This document shows, piece by piece, positions 18,233-27,509 of a stretch of 64,000 nt of DNA (position 1 is the stretch's first letter; each line of letters begins with the position of its first letter). The DNA is taken from positions 17,920-81,919 of the forward strand of contig CAZXEW010000030.1 of assembly GCA_964640215.1 (NCBI GenBank), given 5' to 3'. The translations under genes and the position numbers were made by a program. This DNA is from an uncultured Gammaproteobacteria bacterium. Its GTDB lineage: Bacteria; Patescibacteriota; Microgenomatia; Daviesbacterales; UBA10151. A model generated the notes under the pieces. That model searched no databases, had not been told where the DNA came from, and saw only the letters and a program-made list of their open reading frames with translations.

Positions 18233-18799
18233 TTAACCTAGGTGGGGTTTGAGGTATTTTTTGAAGAAGAAATAGATCAAGTTGGTAAGAATGCCGAAGG
18301 TGAAGATGAGCAGAAGAAGGGTTGGTGAGGTCAGGCTTTTTTCGATGTCGGAGATGACCCGCAAAGGGTTGAAGAGCGCGTACCAGGATTGGGTCCGTTG
18401 GACTTTGCCGAGAGTGACGCCGAGGGCGATCAGGAAGTTGAAAAAAATGATCAGCAAGTTAAGATTTTGTCGGCTGATTTTGAAGAGTTTATTAAGATGA
18501 CGTTCCATCGGGTAAAGAGCATATAGATAGGTGGTGATGCCGATGATGATTACTCCAATATACTGAATAAGTAGAAATAGTTTAGTCTGGGAATCGGCCA
18601 GCCAGAATTGGTCAGGCAGGTACTGTAGGTCGGTCAATAGATAAATGGTGTTGGGGATGAAGAGAACCCAGAGGACAAAAAAGATCAGTTTAAATGGTTT
18701 TTCGGGAGTTTTGATGGTCAAATAACAAGTCAAATTCCCCAGCAGGGCCAATGCGACGTTGACAATAATCCAATCCAGGTTGTTTGAGAGGACAGACAT
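18233..18799 (-). CDS. hypothetical polytopic membrane protein (possibly DUF1361-like, RTQSWY motif)
   Basis: Hydrophobic throughout. Weak resemblance to the RxNSWD motif. Confidence 0.4.
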   Translation of the reverse strand: MSVLSNNLDWIIVNVALALLGNLTCYLTIKTPEKPFKLIFFVLWVLFIPNTIYLLTDLQYLPDQFWLADSQTKLFLLIQYIGVIIIGITTYLYALYPMERHLNKLFKISRQNLNLLIIFFNFLIALGVTLGKVQRTQSWYALFNPLRVISDIEKSLTSPTLLLLIFTFGILTNLIYFFFKKYLKPHLG

Positions 18800-18860
18800 A
18801 AAGGTAATTTAAGTAATTTTAACAGATTGAGTTTTTAAATTTGCGGAAGTTGGGTATGAT

Positions 18861-20375
18861 ATGGGGATGAAATGGCTGTTGGGGATATTTATTTTGGCAC
18901 TGATGGTCCGGTTTTTCTACTTTCCAGGAAATATCTATTTTGGTTTTGATCAGGCCAGAGATGCTTTTTCGATCCGGGAGATTTTGGATGGACATTTAAA
19001 GTTAGTTGGTCCCTCGACCTCGACTGAAGGATTAAATCATGGACCGCTGTTTTATTATTTGTACGCGCCATTTTACTTGATTGGTCAGGGTGATCCGATG
19101 TGGATGGCAGGATTTGTCCGTGTGGCCAATGCTATGGCTGCAGTGTTGGTTTTTATGATTGCTTCAATATTATTTAACAAAAAAACCGGGTTGATCGCGG
19201 CGTTGCTGTTTGCCGTTTCGTTTGAGCAAACCCAATGGGCACTTTATACGGGTAATCCGTCTTTGGGCGTTTTGTCGGTGCTGTTGATGTACCTGGGACT
19301 AGCAATGTTAATTTTTAGGCGTCAACCGTATGGTTTGATGTTGGCGCTGGTTGGGTATGGCTTATCAATCAACTTCGAATTTGCTAATTTGCATTTGTTA
19401 ATTCCATTGGTATTGTCTCTAGCATTTTATCGGAAAAAAATTTGGCCGATCGGAAAAAAATATTTATTGGCTGCGGTGATTGGATTTGGTCTGTCGATTT
19501 CGACCTTTATCATTACTGATTTAAAATTTGGCTTTCAGACTACTAAAAATATTCTGCTGCTTGTGCGTTTGCGACAAGGTGGCGAAATGCCGAATTATTT
19601 GGGAAATCTTTATTATATTTCGTTGAGGTTTGTGCATGACAATTTAATGAGTTTTGAGGGGTTGAGTAGTGTGGTGGTGTTTGGATTATTGGCGATTTTT
19701 TTATATTTCATGTTGAGGTTTAAAACAGATCGAAGACAATTGATTTTTTTATTGATTTGGTTTAGCGGTGGATGGGTAGCATACCTTCGAAATTTTTCGA
19801 ATTTGCCTCTTTATTATTACAGCGCGGCAGCTAGTGTTAGTTTGCTGATTTTTGCAGCTATGTTGATTGAGAAAATATCTTTGAAAAATAGACTAATGGC
19901 TTCGTTGCTAGTGCTGATTATTCTTTGGTCGAATTTAAGCCTGATCGGTCAGTTTAACTGGCAAGGTACGATTCCGGAGCTGTACGTTCAGTCAGGAATG
20001 CTGTTAAAGGATGAAAAACAGGTGATCGACTATACTTACATTATGGCCGAAGGTCAGCCGTTTGCAGTCAACTCACTGAGTATGCCTTTTAATATCAATA
20101 CCACCTGGAGTTATTTATATGAGTGGTACGGGCAAAAGCGCTATGGGTATTTACCTATCTGGGGAGCAGACGTGGCGGTGGGTTTCCCGGGGAATTTAAA
20201 GGTGATTAGTGCCAGGTCTACGTTGCCGGAAAAACGATTTTCGATTATCGAGCCGACCCGGGGGGTGGCGGGTTGGTTTATAGAGGATTTTTTCACCAAC
20301 GAAAATTATTTTACTAAAGTGGTCGAGCAAAAAAAGTTTGGTAAGCTGATGGTTCAGTTGAGAGAGCCAATTTAG
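18861..20375 (+). CDS. GT-C fold membrane glycosyltransferase (ArnT/PMT family-39/83-like)
   Basis: ~12 predicted TM helices, an N-terminal loop motif FDQARDAF in the DE/Dx position typical of GT-C enzymes, and a long C-terminal periplasmic domain. Confidence 0.5.
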   Translation: MGMKWLLGIFILALMVRFFYFPGNIYFGFDQARDAFSIREILDGHLKLVGPSTSTEGLNHGPLFYYLYAPFYLIGQGDPMWMAGFVRVANAMAAVLVFMIASILFNKKTGLIAALLFAVSFEQTQWALYTGNPSLGVLSVLLMYLGLAMLIFRRQPYGLMLALVGYGLSINFEFANLHLLIPLVLSLAFYRKKIWPIGKKYLLAAVIGFGLSISTFIITDLKFGFQTTKNILLLVRLRQGGEMPNYLGNLYYISLRFVHDNLMSFEGLSSVVVFGLLAIFLYFMLRFKTDRRQLIFLLIWFSGGWVAYLRNFSNLPLYYYSAAASVSLLIFAAMLIEKISLKNRLMASLLVLIILWSNLSLIGQFNWQGTIPELYVQSGMLLKDEKQVIDYTYIMAEGQPFAVNSLSMPFNINTTWSYLYEWYGQKRYGYLPIWGADVAVGFPGNLKVISARSTLPEKRFSIIEPTRGVAGWFIEDFFTNENYFTKVVEQKKFGKLMVQLREPI

Positions 20376-20395
20376 CGTGGTATAATATTGCCATT

Positions 20396-21043
20396 ATGGA
20401 GGCTAGTCCTCGCAGCAGCGATTTTTTTTACTCGGTTGTTTGGTCGGATGAACGCGTAGAGGGAACATTATTCCCATTGGGGGTTTATAGCTTTTCGAGT
20501 TTGAAACATTGTGAAAGAGTTGGTTTGTTGGCTCTGAATTATGCGATGGAGTTGGGATGGAGTGATCAGGATTGTCGAATAATCGGTTTGGCAGGGGCAG
20601 TGCACGATGTCGGGAAGGCGGATATATCTTTAGCAGTATTGCACAAACCGGATGGATTAACCCTAGCTGAGCGTGAACATATGAAAACACACGTTTGGAA
20701 GGGCTACCAACGGGTGTTAGAATCCTTTGAAGGAGTTCCCGAAGTACCGCGGTTACTAGGTGGACACCATAGATTACAAATTATAGATCCTTATCCACTA
20801 AGAGGTTTTGAGCGAGGGATGGTTATAAGAGAAACAGGTCGCAACAGTTTGGGGGGAGCTGTCAATTATTTTAATAAATTGTCGGTGTTAGTGGCAGCTG
20901 ACATGAGAGTCGCATTAGAGGAGGATCGAGGCTATAGACCGCCTGTTGATTCGAAATTAATTCCGGAGATGATTAGAAGAAATTTTAAGGGTAACTTGAC
21001 TCTTTTAGATCGACTCGATCCATTAGTGCCGCTGGCTGCTTAG
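20396..21043 (+). CDS. HD-GYP-like HD-domain phosphohydrolase (degenerate GYP)
   Basis: HCERV ... AGAVHDVGK ... EREHMKTHVWKG ... GGHHRLQ. The spacing matches the HD-GYP family, but GYP reads DPYP. Confidence 0.5.
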   Translation: MEASPRSSDFFYSVVWSDERVEGTLFPLGVYSFSSLKHCERVGLLALNYAMELGWSDQDCRIIGLAGAVHDVGKADISLAVLHKPDGLTLAEREHMKTHVWKGYQRVLESFEGVPEVPRLLGGHHRLQIIDPYPLRGFERGMVIRETGRNSLGGAVNYFNKLSVLVAADMRVALEEDRGYRPPVDSKLIPEMIRRNFKGNLTLLDRLDPLVPLAA

Positions 21044-21762
21044 TTGACGACAACCCGGGTGCCGGGGTTTTCGGGAGAAGCCCGGAGAGCGTTTTGGTTG
21101 GCAGCTAAGACCGGGCCGGTCCATTCGAAGAGTTGGGCGACTTGGCCAAGTGGAGAGTTGACACAGCCATGGGACATCGGATGCCCAAAGTTGTTATGCC
21201 AATAGGCGCCGTGAATAGCAAATCCCTGATAAAAGAACATGTTGCTGGGTACGTTGGGTAAATTGTAGTAAGTCCCAAGGTCTTTTGAACCTCCAATCAT
21301 GCTTTGATGGCGGGTCTTGTACCAGATGTTGAAGGTGCCCTTGGGGGTGGGATACCAGAGGCCTGATGAGATCGGAAATTCCATGACGACTTTGTTGCCT
21401 TCATAAGCGCGCAGTTTTTGTTCGCTTAAAGATACTTGGATCCATTTTTCTTCACCGGAGGAGTTAGTAGTACCGAGGACGTTGGCAGTGGGGTCGTAAT
21501 CGTTGGTTTGAGCCAGCGAAGTTTTAGGGTAATCGACAGTTTGTCCCTCAAAGATAGCAATGGTTGAGCTTTCATCAAAAGCCCCGTTTTGGTTAAGTAT
21601 ATTGCTGGCATTGCAGCAGGAGGTGGTGGTATCTCCCGAGATGTGAAGATTGTAGGCGACGAAACGGCGGACTGGCAACAAAGAGGCGACGAAAACCACG
21701 AGTAATATGATAACCAACAGGGGCAGAAACCGGGACATATTCTCATTGTCAGTCATGCTCAA
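21040..21762 (-). CDS. L,D-transpeptidase (YkuD domain) with N-terminal membrane anchor
   Basis: HGAYWHNNFGHPMSHGCVNS contains the catalytic His/Cys motif. N-terminal TM helix. Confidence 0.75.
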   Translation of the reverse strand: MSMTDNENMSRFLPLLVIILLVVFVASLLPVRRFVAYNLHISGDTTTSCCNASNILNQNGAFDESSTIAIFEGQTVDYPKTSLAQTNDYDPTANVLGTTNSSGEEKWIQVSLSEQKLRAYEGNKVVMEFPISSGLWYPTPKGTFNIWYKTRHQSMIGGSKDLGTYYNLPNVPSNMFFYQGFAIHGAYWHNNFGHPMSHGCVNSPLGQVAQLFEWTGPVLAANQNALRASPENPGTRVVVN

Positions 21763-21831
21763 ATTTTAGTCAAGGGGAGAATTAATCCCTCGTTGTGTCC
21801 TCCAGAAAGCGTTCGCTAGGTAATTACTTTG

Positions 21832-21854
21832 TCATTCCCGCGGAGGCGGGAATC
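21832..21854. repeat. hairpin repeat element copy (GTCATTCCCGCGGAGGCGGGAAT)
   Basis: Member of the dispersed ATTCCCGC-N3-GCGGGAATGAC family. Intergenic. Confidence 0.6.
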
Positions 21855-22040
21855 TATGTCTTTGGATTCGCTCACTCATGAATCCTCGAAACCAGGTTTT
21901 AGGTGGTGTTTACATATCTTGGAATCAGAATTTCGGATACAATGTTTCTGGAAAACCCAACTTCGGGATTAATTTTCCCTCTGGGAAATTTCTGAATTTC
22001 TAATTGCTAATTTCTAATGAAATTTAATCAGCTAGCTCTT

Positions 22041-22583
22041 TTATGCCTCGAGGATTACAAATTGCATATTTTCTTTAGCAAAGACAGTGGGTTTTTGGGG
22101 GAAATAACTTTGGGAAGGCATAGTTTCTTCTGTATCACCTGCCCAAGAGAGAAAAAACATATATGATCGACCAGTCCGATTAAGCTCGACGGCATCATAA
22201 TCACTGACTCCTTTGAGTGTCCTAGCGTTTAGCATCATCACAGCGGTATATCGATCGACTTGTTCTTGTGATAGATTATTCAAATAGATACTGATTTCAA
22301 TTGGTAGAGTGGTTAGTTTTGGAGCTAATATACTGCTATGAGCTTCAAACTCAACATTAAATGGGCCAGCCGGCGTACTGACACCATCGAAATCCTCCAG
22401 AAACTGTTCAGCCGAAGGGTGGGTAAAGAGTAGCTTACCTGGGCCAACGCCAATTATATCGAGGAGAGCTGTTTGTTCAGGTAGTGCCAGTCCTGTAGGA
22501 GAAGTGTCAATACTAGGGGGAATAGGAAACGGTACGCCAACCCTGACTGGAGTAGGTGTGATTTCAGCGGATTCAAGAGACAT
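22041..22583 (-). CDS. hypothetical protein
   Basis: 180-aa ORF with coding-like composition. No motifs recognised. Confidence 0.4.
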   Translation of the reverse strand: MSLESAEITPTPVRVGVPFPIPPSIDTSPTGLALPEQTALLDIIGVGPGKLLFTHPSAEQFLEDFDGVSTPAGPFNVEFEAHSSILAPKLTTLPIEISIYLNNLSQEQVDRYTAVMMLNARTLKGVSDYDAVELNRTGRSYMFFLSWAGDTEETMPSQSYFPQKPTVFAKENMQFVILEA

Positions 22584-22774
22584 ATCTTGGGTACAATATA
22601 TGGTATCCAGGATGATGTCAAGTAGATAGAGAGTGATTGACTGCAGAAGAATTAATATCGAAGTCAGGTTTTTTAAAACTAAAGTGTAGTCAGTTGAGAT
22701 AGAGTCAGTATGGAACTAGGCAATCAGAGATGGTACTGACGTAACTTGAGTGAGGGTGGGACAAACCAGAGTAG

Positions 22775-22817
22775 ATTCCCGACTTCTCGGGAATGACAAA
22801 GGGGAAACGGGAATGAC
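22775..22817. repeat. hairpin repeat element copy (ATTCCCGACTTCTCGGGAATGAC plus a second GGGAATGAC unit)
   Basis: Read directly. Intergenic. Confidence 0.6.
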
Positions 22818-22881
22818 CCCAACCAAACAGCGCGAACGTTTTTTAACAAAATCTGACGAGGTGTTAGTTCTTCTGAGTCTT

Positions 22882-22934
22882 GAGATCCTTCGCTAGGACG
22901 CTCAGGATGACAAAAGGGAATGGTCAGGATGACA
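22882..22934. repeat. variant repeat element (GAGATCCTTCGCTAGGACGCTCAGGATGACA ... GGTCAGGATGACA)
   Basis: Related to the copy at 58848-58878 (GAGATCCTTCGCTAAGACGCTTCAGGATGACA). Confidence 0.5.
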
Positions 22935-23046
22935 ATTTGAGACTAGCGAGGGGTGACACGAAGGAAGGGCTCCCGCTCGCGCGGACTGTAAAGGAGCACG
23001 TGCGGGAGGGAATTCGGGGCAGGACCCGGAGCCGATTTTGTGGGCA

Positions 23047-23055
23047 TGGTATAAT
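23047..23055 (+). promoter_or_regulatory. extended -10 element TGGTATAAT 12 nt upstream of the dac ATG (leaderless or short-leader mRNA)
   Basis: catggtataatttttgggcgcagATG. Confidence 0.35.
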
Positions 23056-23067
23056 TTTTGGGCGCAG

Positions 23068-23991
23068 ATGGATAAATTGTGGCTGAGTGTGTTGATGGTT
23101 GGGGTGTTGGCGGGGGGAGTTTTGGCGGTTTGGCGGAGTTTACCAGGGCCGAAGCCGCTGGTTAATCCGGTGTTGGGTGTTAGCGTGATGGGTGTGGCCG
23201 AGAATATTTGGTCGCCGAAGGAGGCCTCGGCCAGTGGGGGTGGACCGGAGGTGGATGCCAGGGCGGCTTTTTTTGTGGAGACGAAGACTGGTAAGATAAT
23301 GTATCAGAAAAATGCTCATTTTCGGATGCCGATAGCCTCGCTGACGAAGATTATGACGGTGATTGTAGCGATGGAGCATCGGCAGCTGAGTGATATGATG
23401 GCGGTGTCTGAGGCGGCGGCAAATATGGAACCGGATCGAATGACGCTGAAAGCGGGGGAGCAGCTGTCGCTTGAGGAGCTGCTTGATGGGATTTTTTTAG
23501 TGTCGGGTAATGATGCCTCCGAGGTGTTGGCAGAAGGTGTAACTGGACGGCGGGAGGAGTTTATTAATTTGATGAATTCAAAAGCAGCCTCACTCGGGAT
23601 GAATGATACCCGATTTATAAATCCATCGGGCCTTGAAGAGGAGGGAAAGGTGCAGTATTCAAGCGCTTATGATGTGGCATTGATGTCTCGATATGCAATC
23701 TCGCGTTGGCCATATTTGGTGGAAATATCGGCCCAGCCCCATATTTTTTTACCGGCCACTGCCACACACCAGGATTATGATTTGTATTCGGGAATAAGTT
23801 TATTGACGACGTACCCGGGAGTGGTTGGTTTTAAAACTGGTTTTACTGAGCCAGCGGGTTTGACCTTAGTGACGCTGGCCCGCCGTGGTAATGCGGAAGT
23901 GTTAGGGGTGATTCTGAATTCAGATGATCGTCGGGAGATGGCCAAAAAGTTGTTGGATTACTCATTTGAGGAGTGGGGGTTTATTGAATGA
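23068..23991 (+). CDS. D-alanyl-D-alanine carboxypeptidase (serine-type, S11/PBP5 family)
   Basis: SxxK (ASLTKIMT), SxN (SGNDAS) and KTG (FKTGFT) motifs. N-terminal signal/TM. The start is taken at MDKLW (23068); the ORF-track start at 23038 is unlikely. Confidence 0.75.
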   Translation: MDKLWLSVLMVGVLAGGVLAVWRSLPGPKPLVNPVLGVSVMGVAENIWSPKEASASGGGPEVDARAAFFVETKTGKIMYQKNAHFRMPIASLTKIMTVIVAMEHRQLSDMMAVSEAAANMEPDRMTLKAGEQLSLEELLDGIFLVSGNDASEVLAEGVTGRREEFINLMNSKAASLGMNDTRFINPSGLEEEGKVQYSSAYDVALMSRYAISRWPYLVEISAQPHIFLPATATHQDYDLYSGISLLTTYPGVVGFKTGFTEPAGLTLVTLARRGNAEVLGVILNSDDRREMAKKLLDYSFEEWGFIE

Positions 23992-24545
23992 TTGTTATTA
24001 TCTATCTGTTTGCCATTTTGAGTTTGGTGTTGGCATTTGTGACCTTGGCGTTTGTAGTGATGGGTTTTTTAGGGCAGTGGTATGGGGCGCCGTTTGTGCC
24101 GACGAGCAGTGAGCGTTTGCGGGCGGTTTTGGCCCGGGCAGATTTGAAAAAAGGTCAGATGTTAGTAGAGCTGGGGAGCGGGGATGGCAGAGTGATTCGA
24201 GAGGCGGCCGAAAAGTATGGGGTGAAGGGAGTCGGTTTTGAGATTCATCCGATGCTGGTTGGTTATTCGAGGCTGAGAGCGGTTATGAAACGGCTGAAAA
24301 ATATCAAATATAGGCGCGGCAATTTTTACAAAGCGGATATTTCTAAAGCGGATGTGATCTTTATGTTTTTACTGCCGAAAACTCTCAAAAAGCTACGGAC
24401 TAAATTGACTGAAGAGTCGAAAAAAGGAGCTTTGATTATATCGCATGGTTTTAAGATCGAAGGTTTTGATAGATATTTAATTGATCTGATGGATGACAAT
24501 TATTATCCGACGTATTTTTATCGGTTAAAAGGGGGGGGTGATTAG
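23988..24545 (+). CDS. class I SAM-dependent methyltransferase-like protein with N-terminal TM helix
   Basis: VELGSGDGRV glycine-rich SAM-binding motif. Translationally coupled (ATGA) to dac. Confidence 0.5.
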   Translation: MIVIIYLFAILSLVLAFVTLAFVVMGFLGQWYGAPFVPTSSERLRAVLARADLKKGQMLVELGSGDGRVIREAAEKYGVKGVGFEIHPMLVGYSRLRAVMKRLKNIKYRRGNFYKADISKADVIFMFLLPKTLKKLRTKLTEESKKGALIISHGFKIEGFDRYLIDLMDDNYYPTYFYRLKGGGD

Positions 24546-24570
24546 AGAGAGAATCTGGTAGAATGTTAGT

Positions 24571-24735
24571 ATGTCAAGAAAGTCGCTAGTGATGCTGGGA
24601 ATGGTGGTTGGGTCGACCGCGGGTGGGTGGTTGCCGATGATGTTTGGGGTAGGAGCTTTTTCGCTAACGGCAATTATTACTACAGCTGTTGGGGGTTTAC
24701 TAGGGGTGTGGATTGCTTTTAAGCTGACTAACTGA
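24571..24735 (+). CDS. small hydrophobic protein (54 aa, 2 TM)
   Basis: MSRKSLVMLGMVVGSTAGGWLPMMFGVGAFSLTAIITTAVGGLLGVWIAFKLTN. Below the ORF-track length cutoff. Preceded by tagaat. Confidence 0.35.
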   Translation: MSRKSLVMLGMVVGSTAGGWLPMMFGVGAFSLTAIITTAVGGLLGVWIAFKLTN

Positions 24736-24984
24736 ACTGGCAGATTGGGGTTTGAGGCTGGCTGAGGCGCTGGAGGATGAAGGTGTGAGAGTGGAAACCG
24801 GGATGATCTGAACTCCGATTTTGGGTTGCTGTTTAGGTAAGTAATGGCCGACGAGTCCGATACTTAGAGCCAGAAAAAATACAATTAAACTAACAACTTT
24901 GAGGATGTGGGTGGTTCCGGATAGACGTGGTATGTTTTTATGATGACTGATTGAGTGTAGATAAAGCAAATAAAGTAGTATGGC

Positions 24985-25410
24985 TTAGAAACGGAAGGGA
25001 ATACCTATATTAGTGAATTTGAGTCTAGCTATGCGATTTACCTCTTCAGGATTTTCTAGATCGCGATAGGACTGACCATCAGGATTTTCAAAGCCAATAA
25101 TCCAAGGGTCTTCGATGGTTTGTAAAGTTTTCGGATCAAATGGAGCTACACGGATGACTGCACGGCCGCTTGATCCTAAGGCATACGAGACCAAAGTACT
25201 TAATAAATAAACGCCGATTTGTCGCCTAATTTCTCTAACGGTTTTGATTTGTTCTTGACTAGATTCTGCTAACAGAGGTAGTGGAATGAAATTATCGGCA
25301 AGATTTGGAAAAAGTGGAGGAAAATCCCCGGTTGTTTGCTGTTCTTGGCGCGTCAGGAAGTGTCGGATTTCTGCGTAATTTAATGAAAGTGCTTCGAATT
25401 TATGCTCCAT
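24985..25410 (-). CDS. hypothetical protein, divergently transcribed from small membrane protein A1
   Basis: 141-aa ORF. No motifs recognised. Confidence 0.4.
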   Translation of the reverse strand: MEHKFEALSLNYAEIRHFLTRQEQQTTGDFPPLFPNLADNFIPLPLLAESSQEQIKTVREIRRQIGVYLLSTLVSYALGSSGRAVIRVAPFDPKTLQTIEDPWIIGFENPDGQSYRDLENPEEVNRIARLKFTNIGIPFRF

Positions 25411-25497
25411 AGCTGTATTATAGTTAATCGCGACCCGAATATCAAACTATAGGATGGAAGTATTTGTTAGTAAGTTGTTTTTTAGTCATGATATACT

Positions 25498-25767
25498 ATG
25501 TTTATGCCTAAGATTTCGAAAAGAATGGTGGGTATTTTAGCACTAAGCGTATTAGTGTGGTTTGTCAGTGGTTTTATCCAGGTGTTTTTGGGTTGGTCGG
25601 AGAGTTTTATGGGGTATAGGGGGTGTAACTTGACTGGTTTTCCGATCGCGTTATGTATTTTGGGCAATGACGGCTTGGTTTGGGCGGTGTCGATTGCCAA
25701 TATTTTGATCTGGTTCGTGGTGTTGCAGTTTTTGGGGAAGTATGTAGGTGAAAAAAATAGAAACTGA
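25498..25767 (+). CDS. small 2-TM membrane protein, paralogue A1 (conserved GCxLTGxPIAxCI loop)
   Basis: Paralogous to 27243..27509 (GCNLTGFPIALCI versus [13 protein letters not shown]). TGATATACTAT extended -10 just upstream. Confidence 0.5.
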   Translation: MFMPKISKRMVGILALSVLVWFVSGFIQVFLGWSESFMGYRGCNLTGFPIALCILGNDGLVWAVSIANILIWFVVLQFLGKYVGEKNRN

Positions 25768-25774
25768 ATTTAAG

Positions 25775-26449
25775 TTATATTTCTAAATATAACCGATCAA
25801 GTAATGATTGAATGGCAGCTTCACAGTAACCTACGTCTTGGAGTGACAAGGGGGGTTTAGTATATTTGATTGATGACTCAGGTAATCTGAAATATGGCCC
25901 TAATGCATCAAAATTAGCAGGTAATGGGTAGGCTTTAATGCAGTTTCCGCGAGAGTCAAAAAAGTAGTGGGTATAAAAATCATTTCTTCTTTCAGGATAT
26001 GCAGCGATAAGTTGTCTGGCAGCATCTAGATACTGTGGATCACCCAGAACTCCCAAGTGTAAAGAATTAACCGAGTTGAAATGGAGTGCATGAGCCCAAA
26101 GAGACTCCCGAGGATCTTCATGGACAAAAGTGACTGATCCTCCGCCGATTTCAGTTGGTATCTGTGCGTCTCGGATGCTGGCCACTAAGCGGGTACCCTG
26201 TCTATCGATCGTTGCGTTGGTAAATAACGGGATAGAATCCCGGCCATTATGGTTATTCAATCTCAGCTGATAGGAAATCTCATTGATAATTAGTGGGAAT
26301 TTACGTGAGATTGATAGAGTTCGACGACTGAATTCATTCGCTTCTAATAACCTCTGTGGCTTTGGGGTATCTGGTAATCCGAGTATTCTTAATACTTCAT
26401 TGATAGCATCTTCGGAATTGAAAGGTTCCTGCTCGGGTGATGTAGGCAT
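25775..26449 (-). CDS. hypothetical cytoplasmic protein, paralogue B1
   Basis: ~30% identical to 26514..27176. Shared blocks: PEQ..NSE.AI, IGxGS..F..ED.R, PER..F..YFD..GNC.KA..LPA.F. No known family recognised. Confidence 0.5.
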   Translation of the reverse strand: MPTSPEQEPFNSEDAINEVLRILGLPDTPKPQRLLEANEFSRRTLSISRKFPLIINEISYQLRLNNHNGRDSIPLFTNATIDRQGTRLVASIRDAQIPTEIGGGSVTFVHEDPRESLWAHALHFNSVNSLHLGVLGDPQYLDAARQLIAAYPERRNDFYTHYFFDSRGNCIKAYPLPANFDALGPYFRLPESSIKYTKPPLSLQDVGYCEAAIQSLLDRLYLEI

Positions 26450-26513
26450 AGAGAATATATTATATGGTTTTGGATTTTAGAGTCAAGATTAAATAGCTTC
26501 TGGAGATGTTTTA

Positions 26514-27176
26514 TTAATATAGGTGTTCAAATAATATGCGAGTGGCGGCTACACAAGTGTGCATGTCTTGGTTTGTCATTGCTGATCTGACCCATTTGAC
26601 TGCCATGTCAGGTATGATTAGAGAAGGCCGAGAGTCTTTGAATTCAGCAGGCAAGGAGAGGGCTTTGGCACAATTGCCGTCGTTATCAAAATAATAATAG
26701 CTGAAAAACTCATAATTTCTTTCAGGATCGTCATGAATATAGTTTAGGGCGTCGACTAGTGAATTTGGATCGTCTTGGATCCCCAGGCGCAACAAATGAT
26801 CTGATTTAATACCGAGAAATTGAGCCATATCAGATCGTCGATGGTCTTCATACATAAAGAGAATTGATCCTTCGCCAATCTGGGTAGGTAATCTAGTGTC
26901 AAGAATTGTTGCTTTTAGATGCCCTATTGTTTGATTGATGCGTAATCCTGGCAACAATGTCTCCTGCAGCTGAGGAGTATAATGCAGCCTTCCTATTTTT
27001 TTAAGAATTGAGTTGACTAGGTGATCATGAGAAGATGCAATCGCTCGAGCCGAACCTCTGGCTGCAGCCTGTAATCGTAACTCTTCTGATCGGGCGTCAT
27101 CTGATAAACTAAACCATCTTTCGGCTTCTGCGATTGCAGCCTCGGAATTTAGGGGTTGTTCAGGAACGAGAGACAT
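26514..27176 (-). CDS. hypothetical cytoplasmic protein, paralogue B2
   Basis: See B1. Divergent from A2 across a 66-bp shared promoter region. Confidence 0.5.
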   Translation of the reverse strand: MSLVPEQPLNSEAAIAEAERWFSLSDDARSEELRLQAAARGSARAIASSHDHLVNSILKKIGRLHYTPQLQETLLPGLRINQTIGHLKATILDTRLPTQIGEGSILFMYEDHRRSDMAQFLGIKSDHLLRLGIQDDPNSLVDALNYIHDDPERNYEFFSYYYFDNDGNCAKALSLPAEFKDSRPSLIIPDMAVKWVRSAMTNQDMHTCVAATRILFEHLY

Positions 27177-27242
27177 ACCGGATATATTATAGTATTTTGA
27201 TTTTTTTCGTCAAGGTTTTTAGATGGGTGATATACTATAGAC

Positions 27243-27509
27243 ATGTTGGGATTCACAAAATGGAGGTTTTTGGCGACGTTGGGGTTGAGTGTGGTGGTTT
27301 ATTTCCTCAGTGTACTAATTCAATTTTTAACTGGTTTTAATGTTAGTTACAGTTTTTTATCTGATACTGGGTGTCAACTTACGGGATACCCTATTGCGAA
27401 ATGTATATATAATAAATCGTTTTTATTTGTAGATTTGGTGAATATTGTAATTTGGTTTTGGGTGATTCATTTGGTGTGGGGTTTTGTGAGTCCGCGAAAG
27501 GTAAAGTGA
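27243..27509 (+). CDS. small 2-TM membrane protein, paralogue A2
   Basis: See A1. The 3' end overlaps the 3' end of the convergent lipase gene. Confidence 0.5.
   Translation: MLGFTKWRFLATLGLSVVVYFLSVLIQFLTGFNVSYSFLSDTGCQLTGYPIAKCIYNKSFLFVDLVNIVIWFWVIHLVWGFVSPRKVK

Noticed and set aside
22940-23040. Structured GC-rich segment (CTCCCGC...GCGGGAG stem, GGCAGGACCCGGAGCC) upstream of dac as a possible SRP RNA or riboswitch
   Set aside because: It lacks the SRP domain IV GGAA tetraloop with its AGCAGCC/CAGG loops and matches no riboswitch consensus I could find. It is more likely part of the local repeat elements.
24700-24969. 89-aa minus-strand ORF
   Set aside because: It overlaps the 3' end of the small plus-strand membrane-protein gene. 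Its second half is a low-complexity Ser-rich tail. Coding status is doubtful, so it is not listed as a feature.
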